Counted from the first letter of the stretch, positions 50,789-64,000 are shown. The stretch: 64,000 nucleotides of DNA from Bigelowiella natans CCMP2755 (GCA_000320545.1 ADNK01000452.1:8261-72260), one strand, 5' to 3'. Notes: generated by a model from the letters alone, not told the origin. Made by a program: numbers and translations.

Positions 50789-52073
50789 ATGAAGATATCA
50801 TGGATGGCAGCGATCGCCCTCGCGGTCCTTACGGTGCAGAACACAACCGTTCCCATCACCATGCGCCTGGCGAGGACAACTGATGCTGCAGCCCCAGGGG
50901 AGGAGTATTGTGTGCCAGTCCTCGTGCTGATATCAGAGGTCATGAAGCTCATCAGCTCTTCCTTCCTACTAGCGTATGAAACAAATTCGGGTGTTGCCGC
51001 GATGAAAGAAGTGCAGAACAGCTTTGTGAATGACCTTCCAACAACCCTCAAGCTCGGGGTCCCAGCAGGTCAGTAGAATAGACACATTAAGCATTTGCTC
51101 AGGCTTTGGTTTTGACTGCTGTGACCGTGCCTCTCAGGATTATACTTCATCATGAACACCTGTTGCCAACTCGCAAACAGTTACCTTCCGGCGGCTGTTT
51201 ACCAAGTAACATATCAGGGAAAGAGCCTCGTCGTAGCTCTTATGTCGGTAATATTGCTAGGAAGACGATTACAGGTCTTCCGTTGGATGGCGATCGCTGG
51301 ATTGGCTATTGGTGTTGCAATGGTGAACGTATCGAAGGCCCCCGACAATGTGTCCAAATCTACTGAAGGTGCTGATAGCTTGATGATTCTCGGCCTGGGC
51401 TATTCGTTCACAGCGGCAATCTGCTCTGGATCGGCCGGGGTGTACTTCGAGATGATGATCAAGAAGCAACAGCCAAAGACGGCGAGCGGGCAGCCTGGCA
51501 AACAGCCGTCCCTCTGGCTTCGCAATATCCAGCTCGCATTTTTCTCTATTCTCATCGCAATCCCAGCTTGCATCGCCTCAACTTCCTTCGATGCCAATGA
51601 CCCACTTCGGGGATTTGATATTAAAGTCTGGGCACTGGGCGTGAACAACGCACTCGGCGGCCTCATCGTAGCACTCGTTGTCAAGTAAATATCTCTCTCA
51701 GCATCCTTGCTTCATAACCTATGGCATTCCTCATTTATGACTTGTCTTCGTGATAACCATCAGGCATGCCGATAACATCATGAAGTGTTTCTCGAATGCG
51801 ACTTCGACGGTTCTTGCTACTGTCATCTGCATCCCGCTCTTTGGATTTGAACCCACCCCCCTATTCGTCCTGGGGGCATTTATAGTGTTGGCATCTGTTC
51901 TCCTTTATGGAGAGGCCATTCGGTTGGGGCCTACTTTCGACACAATCGTGTGCGCGAAGGAGGATATAGCTGTTGCGATTCCGAAGGAAATCCAGTTAGA
52001 GTCGGGGGATGTTAATGGAAAAGAGAGTGAGATTCAAATGGGAGAAATATCCACCAAAGAGGCAAAAGATTAG
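50789..52073 (+). CDS. UDP-galactose/CMP-sialic acid-type nucleotide-sugar transporter (SLC35A family)
   Basis: SEVMKL, LKLGVPA, AAVYQVTYQGK, SGSAGVYFEMMIK, SLWLRNIQL and GGLIVALVVK|HADNIMKCF motifs; two introns. Confidence 0.93.
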
Positions 52074-52818
52074 TTTCACTAAACATTTAATAAGTCCTAA
52101 ACATACGTCTGCTTTTCGTGCATATGTTCGTACGTTTGGCAATGAGTAGCGTCACGACTAACAGGAGCATCTTATTCGTGTGTCTGCAAGATTGATGAGC
52201 ATGACAACTCTACGCTAGACAACAAGACAATGCATACAAAAGAAATTTTGCGCAAGCGCGCGCGCACGCTCAGCAGGTCAAATGAAGGCATGTACATGCG
52301 TTCTTAATTTGACATTCATCTAGACAGACATTGCGCGTGGCAGCAAGCGCACGATTGAGTGCTATAATTTTTATTGTAACGTCTGTAGTTGTCTGTGTGG
52401 ACGTGCAAATCATCGCAACCTTGCAGCTGCCATGCAAGCTTGTCCGTAGTCGCATCACACATATAATATAATAACACACAAAAGTGCATATAGTATAGCA
52501 GACAAGTAGGCTGTTCATTCAATGCAAGTATGATTTGACGCGCTGCAGCCACCGTTTTGCATAGCTACACTAGGATGATAATTGAAAAGATTTAATCACA
52601 TCATTACATCTGTCATAGCACAGCTGCGCCTCCGATAAGACGGCGGTGTAGCTAGCGAATGACTTGAACAACTGTGGCCTACCAAGCTTAGAAAACTTCA
52701 TTGCATAGACGCACGTATATTGTGGCAAGTCAGCATGCATGAACGCCGCATGATCATCAATTCTGCTTGAATCGTTGCCAGCATTACTCATCTGAATTTG
52801 GCTACGCTGCGCTTGTCC

Positions 52819-53043
52819 TTATATTTTCTCCACATGAAAGATGCCTGGAACCTACGCAGGCCATTCAAGAAAGAAAAAGCGAAAGTATAAACGACTAAGG
52901 CACGGATTCACACCCTCGAAAGTATATTCACCCCCCTCGCTCTCAATCAGCACACCTCAGCGATAGCTTCACTCCTCCAGGGAGTTCCTTCTCGTGCACC
53001 CAGCCTTGTCAACTTTTTCGCCGCAACATAAGACCCTTTTTGA

Positions 53044-53110
<67 letters not shown>

Positions 53111-53135
53111 CGGTGCGACCCGTGCGGTAAATATA

Positions 53136-53187
<52 letters not shown>

Positions 53188-53591
53188 TAACATATAATAT
53201 TTTATATGTCACAGAATCATGATTTCCCACACAGATACTACTCTTTCACTCTCCTACCATTCGCCAACTGTCTGTATATATGCTGCCCTCGCAATTAAAC
53301 ACGACCTAATTTCATTCCAGATTCAAGACTTTGCTTCCGAACCAAAGCGTGAATAACCCCTGATTGTAACAAATAGTTCTCATCGACGTGAGCATCAACT
53401 ATCTTCCTTCCTGAACGCCTGATCGACTAACATGAGCAGCAGCATAGAATCTGCAACGCGACGACCCAAAATTTAGCAATCATACACTTACGCACCAGCA
53501 ATGTACGCGTCACCAGCGCCAGTTGTGTCCACGATATCCTTCGCATCAATTTGCCAGGCTTGACATCTGCATTGCAAATATATACATATTA

Positions 53592-53658
<67 letters not shown>

Positions 53659-54025
53659 ATGTAGAGTCTCAAGACTACCTGAACGTAAGGAAGCGGTTGT
53701 CTTTCCCTTTCCCTTCTTCTTCTTCTTCCTCTCCATTGTTCTCTCTTACGACCGCGATCGACCCATCAGCCTGGTGTAGAAAAGGGGCAAATCTTTCTGC
53801 TGTTCTCTCAACGACACATATGACGACACGATAACCACCGCTAAAAGGGTCACACCGAACACCATTGTGTGAAATAGCGATGATGGTGGTGGTGATGATG
53901 ATGATGATGATGATGATTGCGATGGTGATGGTGATGATGATGATGATGATGATGATGATAGTAATGATGGTGATGGTGATGATGATGATGACGATACGTC
54001 TCTCTGGATAAATCCGGTCTACACA

Positions 54026-54059
<34 letters not shown>

Positions 54060-54188
54060 CCACTTACACACCCCCATTGTGCTGACGACAAACTGGAGAC
54101 GAGGCAGCTGGAGCAATATGGTCTTCATATTCGCCTCGATGTCCTTGCTGTCTACATTTGAGATTCGGCAGATACACACAACACACAC

Positions 54189-54220
<32 letters not shown>

Positions 54221-54346
54221 ATGATAGATTAGAGCTATCACTAACGCCACCTTTAACGACATTGCAATCATCATTTCCACCACCATCACACTACACCTAC
54301 ACGCCTCCCTAGTAGTAGGAAAGGTAGCCGTCGTCGTCGTTGCTGC

Positions 54347-54382
<36 letters not shown>

Positions 54383-54574
54383 CATGAGCAGCAGTACCAT
54401 CTCCATGCTTCTCGGCAAATATATGAGGGTACTTTGAATTGGTGAACAGCATGTTCGCCTGTAGAGGATGACGATCCAGGGAAAAAAATGAGCAATAATG
54501 ATGATAATGATTATGAATAACACTAAGAAGAAGATTAAGAAGAAGGCGACGGCTTTAGTGTTATTTGGTGGATT

Positions 54575-54611
<37 letters not shown>

Positions 54612-55668
54612 CTGTCTTGATGCCTTTGGAAGAAAAAATCGTCGCTTGAGCTGCTGCTAGATGACATCATCGTCCCTAGGATCACCGGACGGGATATGCC
54701 CTCCCAACAATAGCACAAGGAGTAGTAGTGGAAGTAGCAGAGGAGGGGTGGCGAGAAACCTTGGTCAATAGTTTTGCCAAGCCGGGTCGATCTTTCTCGA
54801 CATCAAGGGATACCAGAACTCCTAACACACGCCATATTTTATTTTCGTAAAAACGCGCGGCCTCTAAGCTGTAGCTTGGGGGGGGTGGGGGGAATGATGA
54901 CGCTGAGGATCAAGGCATTAATATTGCGATGAGAACGCCTACGACGACGACGGTTAGGAAGATCGGGTTGGTGATGGGTTGTGGTGGTGCTATTGCTACT
55001 GCTCTGAAGATATTGATGATGATGATGATGATGATGATGAAGATGATGATGATCGAGAGAATCCCTGACAAATTGGCTCACCTTTCGAATTCGCTAATTC
55101 ACCCAGTTTTGTTGCCTACGGTACGTTTGAAATTGACGAATGGATATCGTGCTGGCACAATGAAGCCGTCTATTGGAATCTTCGTGGTATTAGTGTGCTA
55201 CCGCAGGCGTGTGCCTCCCGTCCAGATGAACCCAAGAGCAGTTGTCCAGCATTTCCCCTGATATTTCTTGGAGGTGGGGGGAGGAGGAGGAGGTAGATCA
55301 TCACACACGGTGGTAGGGCGATCGCTGATACGCAAAAAGAGAATCTTCGATGTGTACTAACCGTCCGGCGAGAGCTCTTCTGTTGCGGGCGTATGAATGC
55401 ACGTGCGTGTCGAGCTGGAGATTTGAATAACAGCAACAACAGGTGGGGGAGGGGAATCGCGCGGCATTACGAGCACGCGGTGGGTATGAAAATAGATGTT
55501 ATTTAAGATGCCTCCCCGTATCTGGGTTCTGCCATAAACTACGAGGCACGAAACAACAGGTCTCATGCTGCCTGCGGCCAACCTCTTTTTGTCCACGATT
55601 ACGTAGGTGAAGGGGGACGGGGTCCTATGGAAGCCATTACAATAAACGCCGTTAGATCGCTCTCCCCT

Positions 55669-55699
<31 letters not shown>

Positions 55700-56779
55700 A
55701 CTCTCTCTTGTCACAGTTTTTGCTTCGTCAGCTAGAAAAGGTCAGAATGGGGTCACCTATCGGACTGGAGCACGAAATCAACACCAACGCCTGCAGATTC
55801 TAATTCCTACAGATATGGTGTGAGAAGGGTTATCGATGATGATATTGATGATGATATTATGATGATGATACTGACGATAACCCTTATAATTATAATGTAT
55901 CACTAGGATTGCGACCTTCATAATCATCTCTCCATTAGCGTCTTTCCCTATTTTCTGCCCGTAGATGATCTTATCAATAATCGCGAACATAGCAGCAGGG
56001 GGTTTTGGAAGAAGCTGACCGTGACAATCTGTGCTGAATTCCCCAACTTCCCTAAAGCGCTGAGAGTGTTTGCAGCGTTGCCTCCCCCGAATACCTTTTC
56101 GATAGGCTTTGCCGTTACGCCCGTTTAGATAATCGGAGCCACCCACAGCAAAACACTACCTTGAAATCGGTCGTTCGAATCTTATCGTCGGGTGAGGGAT
56201 ACTCTTCCACCTATGTTATTGGAATTTCTTTCTCATCGCCAAGTCGGCAAAACAAGCAAAATCAGAGAATTTTATGCAAGCCTAGCAACTTGAGCAAGGA
56301 AGTCTACGCCGCAGGACCCTAGGCCGACAATTCTGGGGAGGGGAGGAGAAGGAAAAGAATGGTACGCTGATGAATGGCCGATGATTGAACTCCTTTGCGC
56401 GATTTATGGTAAGTAAGGCTTCGCACCTTCGCAATACTTCCTCCTCTGTAGCCTTTCGTGAGATCAAAGATGAGATTACACGAACACCTCTCCTTAAGCT
56501 CGGTCGAGTGTTAAGGTGGCCACTTCTTCGCATGGCTGTTCCTGTCGTCGTCGTCGTCGTCGTAGTTGGAGCAATTGACAGCACAGAAGCGCTTCGACAC
56601 CAAATCTAACAGCGATAGCCATCAAGTCATCATTTTGAATTTTCTTAAAAACAAGGAAAATGAGGTGATAATACCCTGAAAGCTGCAAGGCCAGCGGAGA
56701 AGCATAAGAGGATTTGAAACAGAGGGGATTTTGAGCCCACCGGCCTTAGTTGTGGGTTGGAGGAAGGTGAAGAAGACAT
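52819..56779 (-). CDS. PfkB/ribokinase-family carbohydrate kinase with bipartite plastid-type leader
   Basis: IVGLGSCGVDFLAQ|VEEYPSPDDKIRTTDFK|VFGGGNAANTLSALGKLG, KIGKDANG, DIVDTTGAGDAYIAG and AAKKLTRLGAREG. The leader has hydrophobic LFQILLCFSAGLAAF followed by an S/T/R-rich tract. Confidence 0.9.
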
Positions 56780-57271
56780 CGCGAGCGCTTGCTAGCTTCC
56801 AGTCAAACAGGGTGTGGCCGACAAATGACGGAAGGAAAGAAAGATCGCGGGGGGGAGTTCAGCGACCGTCGGGAAGGGGGAACGAGGAGAAGGAAAAAAT
56901 GGGTTTTATATTAAGACGAAAGAATCCCTTCATTCGCTCATTTTATCGGGCGTTCATCCCCCTTTTCTATGAAGAAACATCGTATTTATCATGTCGTCTA
57001 GAATAAACATTCGACGATTCAGTGATAGCTTACCACCAGAGACATTTCTCGAGATTTGTTTCGCCTGCTTTGCGCTCAGGGGTGGGCTGGACAAGGTTCT
57101 AAAGGGTTCTAAACCCCTCCCCCGACTGCGATCGCCCAACCACGCGCACTGGGGAATAGTATAGGGGGGAGAAATCTTTTTCATCGACTCGTTTGTACAA
57201 TTCTCTGAAATGAGGCCTCCATCATCCACCACAAAAGCATCACACCGACGACGACGACGACGACGACGACA

Positions 57272-57703
57272 ATGATCCCTAGTGACGTGTCAGACCATGT
57301 TTATGCTCCAGGGGAGGCTAAAACATTTCTATTCGAGCAAGTTCGAACCATTTGGGTTCCGACTCAGAACGGTATCGCTCTTGGGTGCTTAACTGGAGTT
57401 TTAATTGGCGTGGTAGGGGCATCCTTCGCACCGGGTGAGGATAGCAGCTCCTCGACATTGATTTTCCTCTTAATCACTGCCGCATCCTCTGCATTTGTAG
57501 CACGGATGGCTCTAGATATCGGGCGTCAAGTAGAGAATAGCCTTTACAGCGGCATGTCACCGGAAACAGTAGAAGATAGATCAATGACCCTGCCGTGGGT
57601 GCCGATCTTGGGTGGCATCGCTAGCTGTATTATCACACAGATGCTAGCTTTAGTGGTTTCTGAGATCAAGATGTGGAATAGCTCACGTATTAGAGAGATG
57701 TGA
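57272..57703 (+). CDS. Hypothetical membrane protein (about 3 TM); possible upstream exon from ~56991
   Basis: Hydrophobic segments GIALGCLTGVLIGVVGA, LIFLLITAASSAFVA and LPWVPILGGIASCIITQMLAL. Confidence 0.55.
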   Translation: MIPSDVSDHVYAPGEAKTFLFEQVRTIWVPTQNGIALGCLTGVLIGVVGASFAPGEDSSSSTLIFLLITAASSAFVARMALDIGRQVENSLYSGMSPETVEDRSMTLPWVPILGGIASCIITQMLALVVSEIKMWNSSRIREM

Positions 57704-58570
57704 TACAACAAATTGACCAAATACTGTCGTTTATGCAAATGACAGAGCATAGTTCGATCTGCCGGAAAGCAGTGTGTGGGCGGGACGGCAATGTTAATAT
57801 ACACCTATTCATCGCTATGGTACATACAGCTCGTAATATAAGCGTTTCCGTATCGTTTTCGTCACGACGACAGCCTGCTTTTACTGATGAATGTTTCGAG
57901 TTGAAAATTCTGTAATAAATGTAGTGTTTTTTTTAAAAAATGTGTGTACGTCTAGCTGTGTACGCATATAGGGCTGCACGATTTTATTAACTCTTAATCA
58001 AGCTGTTTCATATATATGACGAGCTTGATGACTTTAATTAAAATGTTGCCAATGCATGCTCGTATGTAGCTATTGATGCCGGGTTGCGGCTACAAAGCTC
58101 ACCCTGTCGTCTGGTTACACCTCTGCAAAAATTTCGGAGAAAAATGAAAAAACAAATCCGTCTCACACCTCTGCAAATAATACTCGCTAAAACTCTCGAA
58201 TTCATGATTGTTTCCGTCGCACGTAGCATGTAGATAGTATCACTCGTATCGTCCTGGATGCGATTGTGCAGCTGGCCATTTATATAGCTATAGATATGCG
58301 CTGTTGTTCTGGCAACATATCGTAAATAGAGTAAATATATAAGTCTAAGTCTATGCGTGCATAGCAATGTGTCGTGGCACAGTACGCCCTGTGAGCGATC
58401 GCGTGGGAATAAAATAGCAGCTACGATGTGGACTATAATACTATTTTGATGCATACGGGCAGGTAGCTACATCTGATAAAAATATTAAAATCTGACGTTC
58501 ATGCCTGAGTGCATTATATAAATCAGCCTATATTGTCGCATGTTTAGATATCTTCTCCACGTGTTTATTT

Positions 58571-58617
<47 letters not shown>

Positions 58618-58739
58618 CTAGAGCATCATTCTAATGTGCCCCGCTGCTTATGCACTTGCGCATTTTCCTAAGTGTTACGTACGTATATCCCGTCCAGTTT
58701 TCAATTTTTCGACCTTGTTGCGGAAAACTAGTGGACGCT

Positions 58740-61710
58740 GTAGCTCACAGCACGCCGGGATTCACTATGACTGCTGCGACATTAAACGGATGAAGCTAGG
58801 CTGGTTCTTGATCGTTCTCAGGAGACACGTAGAGATCAGAATCGCTATGGAAGGAGGTGATCGCTAGATTGCCTTCTGGGTATCTGTCAGCATTGCAAGT
58901 GTGAATAAGAATAATATAATCTACTACTGAACAGTAACTGTACTGCCCTCGTTTGTGGTTAAGTTACCTTGACAAATACGCATTCATTGCCTCCAGCACG
59001 TTGGAATCGTCCTTTTATGATGTACACAACAAGCTTCAGGCAAAGAAGATCGAAGCTGCCTTCTATTGGTAGAGGAGAGTCTTTACCATGTCACTGGCGC
59101 GTTGCTTGAGTTTGACATAGTTTGTCGGCATGTTGAGCACTGTAAAGATGAGGAGTTGCGCACACTTTTCAGACTAAGATGCATGGATAGATATTCTCTT
59201 CCTCTCTGTGTACCACCTTGAGCGAAATCATTATTCGTGAAGAAAAAGTTTCTTGCCTTCATGCCAGCACCTGGGTATTCATACAAGATGTCTCACCCCC
59301 ACGTTAGAACAACCCATTGGAATACATTATCTGAGTTGCTATTATTTTTGGGTGAGGCATTAGTTCGGTTACCGCAGACTGCAACGCATTCCCGCATTAA
59401 TTTCTTGTCGTTTGTTGCCTGAATAACACACCAGCATTACTCATGACATAACGGTGAGAACCCCTTCCTCATCTCGAACGTAACTCACCACAACTGTGTT
59501 GATATCCATATCGTGGAAAAAGGTGATAGCGTCCGTGATCACTTGATCAGCATCTGCACCGTCCCCGGCCACTATCGATGCAACTCCCTCGCCAGGAGAG
59601 ACAAATGTCTTCTTGTTGTCCTAAGATAATGATTTCCGACTGCGATCATACATCTTGCAAATGCCATGGAGATTGATTTTGTCGCTACTCTGACCTTATT
59701 GTCAAAGATGACGATAGCTTTGCCTTGCATCTCATGAATCCCAGCCCACTGTGTTGTGTGCATATTATATGAATATACAAATATTTACACCCTACTTTGG
59801 ATGGAGTTTCACAAAACCTTCTGAACAAGCCCGGCCACCCCTGCTGCGTTCCTGATTCATTTTAAATAACATTTGCGCTTTCGAACACGATACGAAGGGA
59901 TAGTTCAGATTGATCGCACATTATATATATTTATACATATATTTATATTTATATATAATAATATGTGAGTGTGTGTGTGTGTGTGTGTGTGTTTGTGTGT
60001 GTATGTGTATTTATCCTTGTGGAGGACGGTGGTGGAGATGAGGGCATGACAAAAGAAATTCTGTGTGTTTGTGAACGTAGTGTCACTACCATTTAAACCC
60101 GAATTTGCCTCTCATATTTGTCCCATCAATTAGAACCTTCAATTTTCAGAAAGTGAGGATGCAGCCAAGTAGTAAAGCATATAAAGACTACCACACACGG
60201 TCGATATGTTCCCTTTATTCGCTTCATTATTCCACTCTTCGATTGCCTAATTGACCGTCGTGTGTTGCCGTCATCATCACAAGGAGATAGAATAGATATA
60301 TTGTTGGGTTGCCTACGATTTCATCTGTTTGAAGACTCCCGATTTCTTCTTGCGCGGTTGTACACCTTATTCATCCTAAAATCACGTTTGGAAAACGATT
60401 TTTGAAATATAAAATACTTACCGTTGACTGCAACATGTCTTCTTCGTGGCAAGCATTCCTTTCCCCAAGCTCCCATACGGATGCATCCCAGCGCTTTTTG
60501 TTGAAGTATGATTAAACTAGAAATATATCATCACTTTAACAGATCTTTCAATAATATAACCTCCCAAGGATGGCGTCGAAATTTGCCGATTGATAGTAGA
60601 TTGAAGGTTGTGAGATCCAACTCGTTGGTAGCTGCAGCGATCAATCCGCGAGGAGTTCGTCCAAATCCATCGTTTATAAAACACAATAATCAACCGATCA
60701 GAAAATGACAGCAGGAAAGAATTTTACGCTGCTACCTTCTTCTGGTATTCAGAGCGCTCAATAGGCAAAGGAACAGTGCAGACGCTACTACACAACCAAA
60801 AGGCATCGTCGGTAAATATGAGATGGTTCCACACAGATAATCGTCGCCAATGTTCGGCTTACCAACAAAGGCTGCGGCCCTGCCAACCATTTTCAGAACA
60901 ATTGCCTGCCTCCAGGCGAACTACTGACCAACGCGAGAATTCTGAGACTGACGGCGTCTGGAAAGGGGTCGGAGGGGAGGGGTACCTGCACGCTGTCGTT
61001 CGGGGAAATGTAAAGGTCTATTTCTATTGTCGCTTTTACAGATTTGATCGCATTTGGCATCCGACTACAGATTCGAACACGATCTCCGGGAAAACTCCAT
61101 ATTTTGCAATATAATCTCCTAGAATCTCCAGAAATGCTTCTCGGAGTCCAACATGATATTTCTCGGAATCCACGTTCCTCCTCAAATGCCTCCTCCGGAA
61201 GGAGAGAGGGGGAAGCGGAGCGATTAAACTTAGCGTCGGTACCGGTGGCCTTGATAGTCAGAAAGGGATGGTTATAAATTAGTGAAAAGATCAACTAGCT
61301 TTTTCGTCGATCCAGGGACGTTTGTCAGGAGAGTCGACGCCATGGCACGTGAAAATTTGTTTGACAATGCTTTCTTCAAGAATGCCTTGAATAACCACGC
61401 CAGTGTGCTTAAATGCTGTTGGAACGAGCCCACTGTGGTCCTTTGCGTTCCGTCCCAGTCATCGCTCAGGAAATCTTCGAAACGACAGTACAAATCGAAA
61501 GTAGTCTTGTCCATAGCGTAATGTTGAGTCGTCCGCAGTTGTATCATCTTCGTTCCCATTATTCTCTCAGGATTTTCTACGATGCCACATCTTGACAGTG
61601 AATGACACTTCGGGATCATCTTCATCAGCAAAATCTAACGTAAGAGCAACGCTGCGTAATGAAGCGCACTACTTATGTTTGCTCGATTCCCATTCGCTGT
61701 CCATCATCAT
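58740..61710 (-). CDS. Hypothetical multi-exon protein
   Basis: Many short exons with minus-strand donor/acceptor signatures; ORFs 61272-61631 and 60893-61294. No family recognised. Confidence 0.45.
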
Positions 61711-61748
61711 GACGTAACAGTTGTGCAATCACACCTCTTCAGCAATTG

Positions 61749-62446
61749 ATGTCTCCGTCCAACGACGGCGGATCACTTGTGACTGCAAATGGAAGGAGGG
61801 TAACTTTAAGCCCAGATCGCAAGACTCTGACAGCTACTACTAGTAGTAGTACTACTACTACTACAACTGCTGCTGCAAAAGGACTCCCAACCACTGTCAG
61901 GGTAAAGCTTGCCACATATCAGAGACATTATTTTCCATTTGTTCTGCAAGCGGCAGACATTAACGCACGTCCTAGACATCCTCCATATATAATTAATCCG
62001 CTAGTCATAATCTAAGCGACGTGGTCTGGGCAGGTACTATATGAAGAGAAGTTTTACAACGACGACTTCGATTCCTTGCAAATTGTCTTCATAGCCAAAC
62101 CTCTCTATCACGCTGCACCCGAGAATGGTACTGAGTCGCTTTCCATCGTAACACAAACACTTGTATAATCTCACACCACCGCAAAATCAACGTCTTTTCT
62201 TTTCTTTCAACGGACTCGTTTCAGCTCACAACGCTCTTCTGGAAGAGATTCGGTAAGTAGCTGCTGCCACATTTCCGCAGTACGGCGGATCTTCGATTAA
62301 TTGACGTGGAATATATGCTCAGAGGTGTGCCTGTGACAAAGCGAAAACTAGGCGAGCACAACAGCATCATACATTTTCTTCTCGGACCGGATTCTGTAAG
62401 GTAACATCCTTGTTATACTCTCGCTCCATTTGCCTCCCCTTTCTCA

Positions 62447-62490
<44 letters not shown>

Positions 62491-63980
62491 CCTTTGATGG
62501 CCATATTCCTCATTCCAAAACGAAAAATCGCCTTTTTTTGCACGCAGGCGCTTGGCAAAGAAGGTTGGCGACTTCTTCTTTCAAGTTAAGGTGGGCGAGT
62601 GTCTCACAACGATGATGACTACGTGTTGCGCGATCTTCCCATTCACCGTAGCATTGCTCTTTCTCCTTCTCGAAGGCCGCAACGAAGCTGAAAGGGGTCC
62701 CCTTCACACTGGAAGAGGCTGCATTTAGGGTCGAATCGGCTACTATAGAGAATTTTCGTTACGAAGAGAAGATGATCAAGAGGCCGCTCGAGAAGGATAT
62801 CAGATCGGAGGTCTTAATGGCTATTCTTGCAGTGCATCTTGAATTCAAGCCCCTGTAAGTACTACCCCGAAGACGATCGCAGTGTGATGATAAAAGAAGC
62901 AGCAGCAGCAGCAGCAGTAGGGGTAGAAAAAGAGAAAGAAATGGTAGTAGTATTAAGGTTTCAGACTCAAACTGCCTGAATCAGCAACAGCAGCAGCCTG
63001 GCTATCATTCTCGCGAGAGCATATGTGTACGTGAAATGAAGCTTATCATCACAACGTTCTTCTGTTTTTCTTTTTCTTCTTCTTCTTCTTCTTCTTCTTC
63101 TTCTTCTTCTTCTTCTGTGGTTTTGCGGTTCTTTATCGTCTATCAGGAGCGTGTACATCTTCCAATCCCACCTTCGTCAGCACCCTATGGAGAACCAGCG
63201 CATCAGCATGTAATAGGGCGGTGTCGCGCAGCAAGAAAATAACGACTAAACAACAGACATGATCTTGAATTTTGAGACGAACAACAAAAAGGGTGCTAGG
63301 TGGTGCTCCTGCTCCTCCCTCTTGGCTAATTTTGGCCTCTAGTCTCACGTCGTCTTTTCAGGTACATCAAAGAGCTCAAGGACGCAAGCATGGAGAGCGT
63401 TGGAGCAACCAAGATGCGCTCCCCACCCTCTTCTTCCTCCCAACCATCATCAGCTGACACTACTCGTCTCAAGCGTAATCATCGCCATCGTGTTTCGGAG
63501 GTAGAAGAAGAAGAAGAAGAAGAAGAAGAAGAAGAAGAAGAAGAAGAAGAAGGCGAACCGGCGGAGAAGGCCATTCTTCTGATGAAAAGGCTGAACGACG
63601 TAGTTGGCGCGATGGGCAAGATAGTTCTGATCCAGGACGTAATGCACTGCCTGGCAGAGACCGCCGCATTGAAGAAGAAAAAAGAAGAGGAGGCGAAGCA
63701 GAGGAAGAGATTAGCACGACGGAGGGCAAGCACGAGATCAGCAGTGAAGCTGCTCAGGATGCTGACAGCCTCGCCGCCAATCTCCCCACCCAATGCTATG
63801 GAGAAGAAAGACGATATTTGGGAACCGCAGCAGCAGCACCAGCACCACCACCAGCAGCAGCATGAGGAAGGGGGGCGGAAAGAGAGAGAGGGGGGAAGAA
63901 AAGATAGGACGATCGAGGAGGTAGGCCGTACGAACTTCGAGGAGGAGGAGGAGGAAAAGGAGGCTGAAGGGGAAAAGTAA
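61749..63980 (+). CDS. Hypothetical multi-exon protein, may continue beyond the window
   Basis: Exon frames VLYEEKFYNDDFDSLQIVFIAKP, RLAKKVGDFFFQVK, KLKGVPFTLEEAAFRVES..HLEFKPL|gtaagt and YIKELKDASMESV..; poly-Glu tracts. Confidence 0.5.
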
Positions 63981-64000
63981 AAGGAAGAGGAGGAGGAGGA

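Noticed and set aside
46058-56779. Two nucleotide-sugar transporters plus a sugar kinase as a metabolic cluster
   Set aside because: They belong to different large families, probably act in different compartments, and an unrelated gene intervenes; chance is a sufficient explanation.
59080-59300. START-domain-like motif (YEYPGAGMKARNFFF) in the minus-strand hypothetical gene
   Set aside because: The resemblance is too weak to call without a profile search.
1-64000. Many 60-200 aa ORFs with poly-H, poly-C, CVCV, YIYI or RERE tracts
   Set aside because: They are translations of intronic microsatellites or antisense frames, not metal-binding peptides.

Overview
Gene-dense eukaryotic nuclear DNA with short GT-AG introns, many of them filled with microsatellites. 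A bipartite plastid-type leader, PT/SPT repeat proteins and the intron style suggest a protist or alga, possibly a chlorarachniophyte (inference only). Most short entries in the ORF track are microsatellite or antisense artefacts. Splicing by eye gives about 14 genes. These include a JMJD6-like JmjC oxygenase, a bZIP factor, a SAP-like protein, a ~10 kb PDZ/CUE/EF-hand/NHL gene, a ~15 kb polycystin-1-like receptor and a SAM-fused Cys-less pentameric ligand-gated ion channel. There are also two nucleotide-sugar transporters, an NCBP3-like RRM protein, a plastid-type PfkB kinase and several hypothetical genes. The strongest leads are: (1) a 'half-polycystin' GPS receptor with PKD1-like TM1-5 and a PDZ tail but no PLAT or channel module; (2) a LamG-in-LamG-in-RCC1 nested insertion in that receptor; (3) a SAM-pLGIC without a visible signal peptide and with Arg at pore position 6'; (4) CTAG/CATG/GCTAGC-rich tracts found only downstream of gene 3' ends. 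All exon models were made by eye and boundaries are approximate. I recognised no RNA genes, CRISPR arrays or intact transposons.
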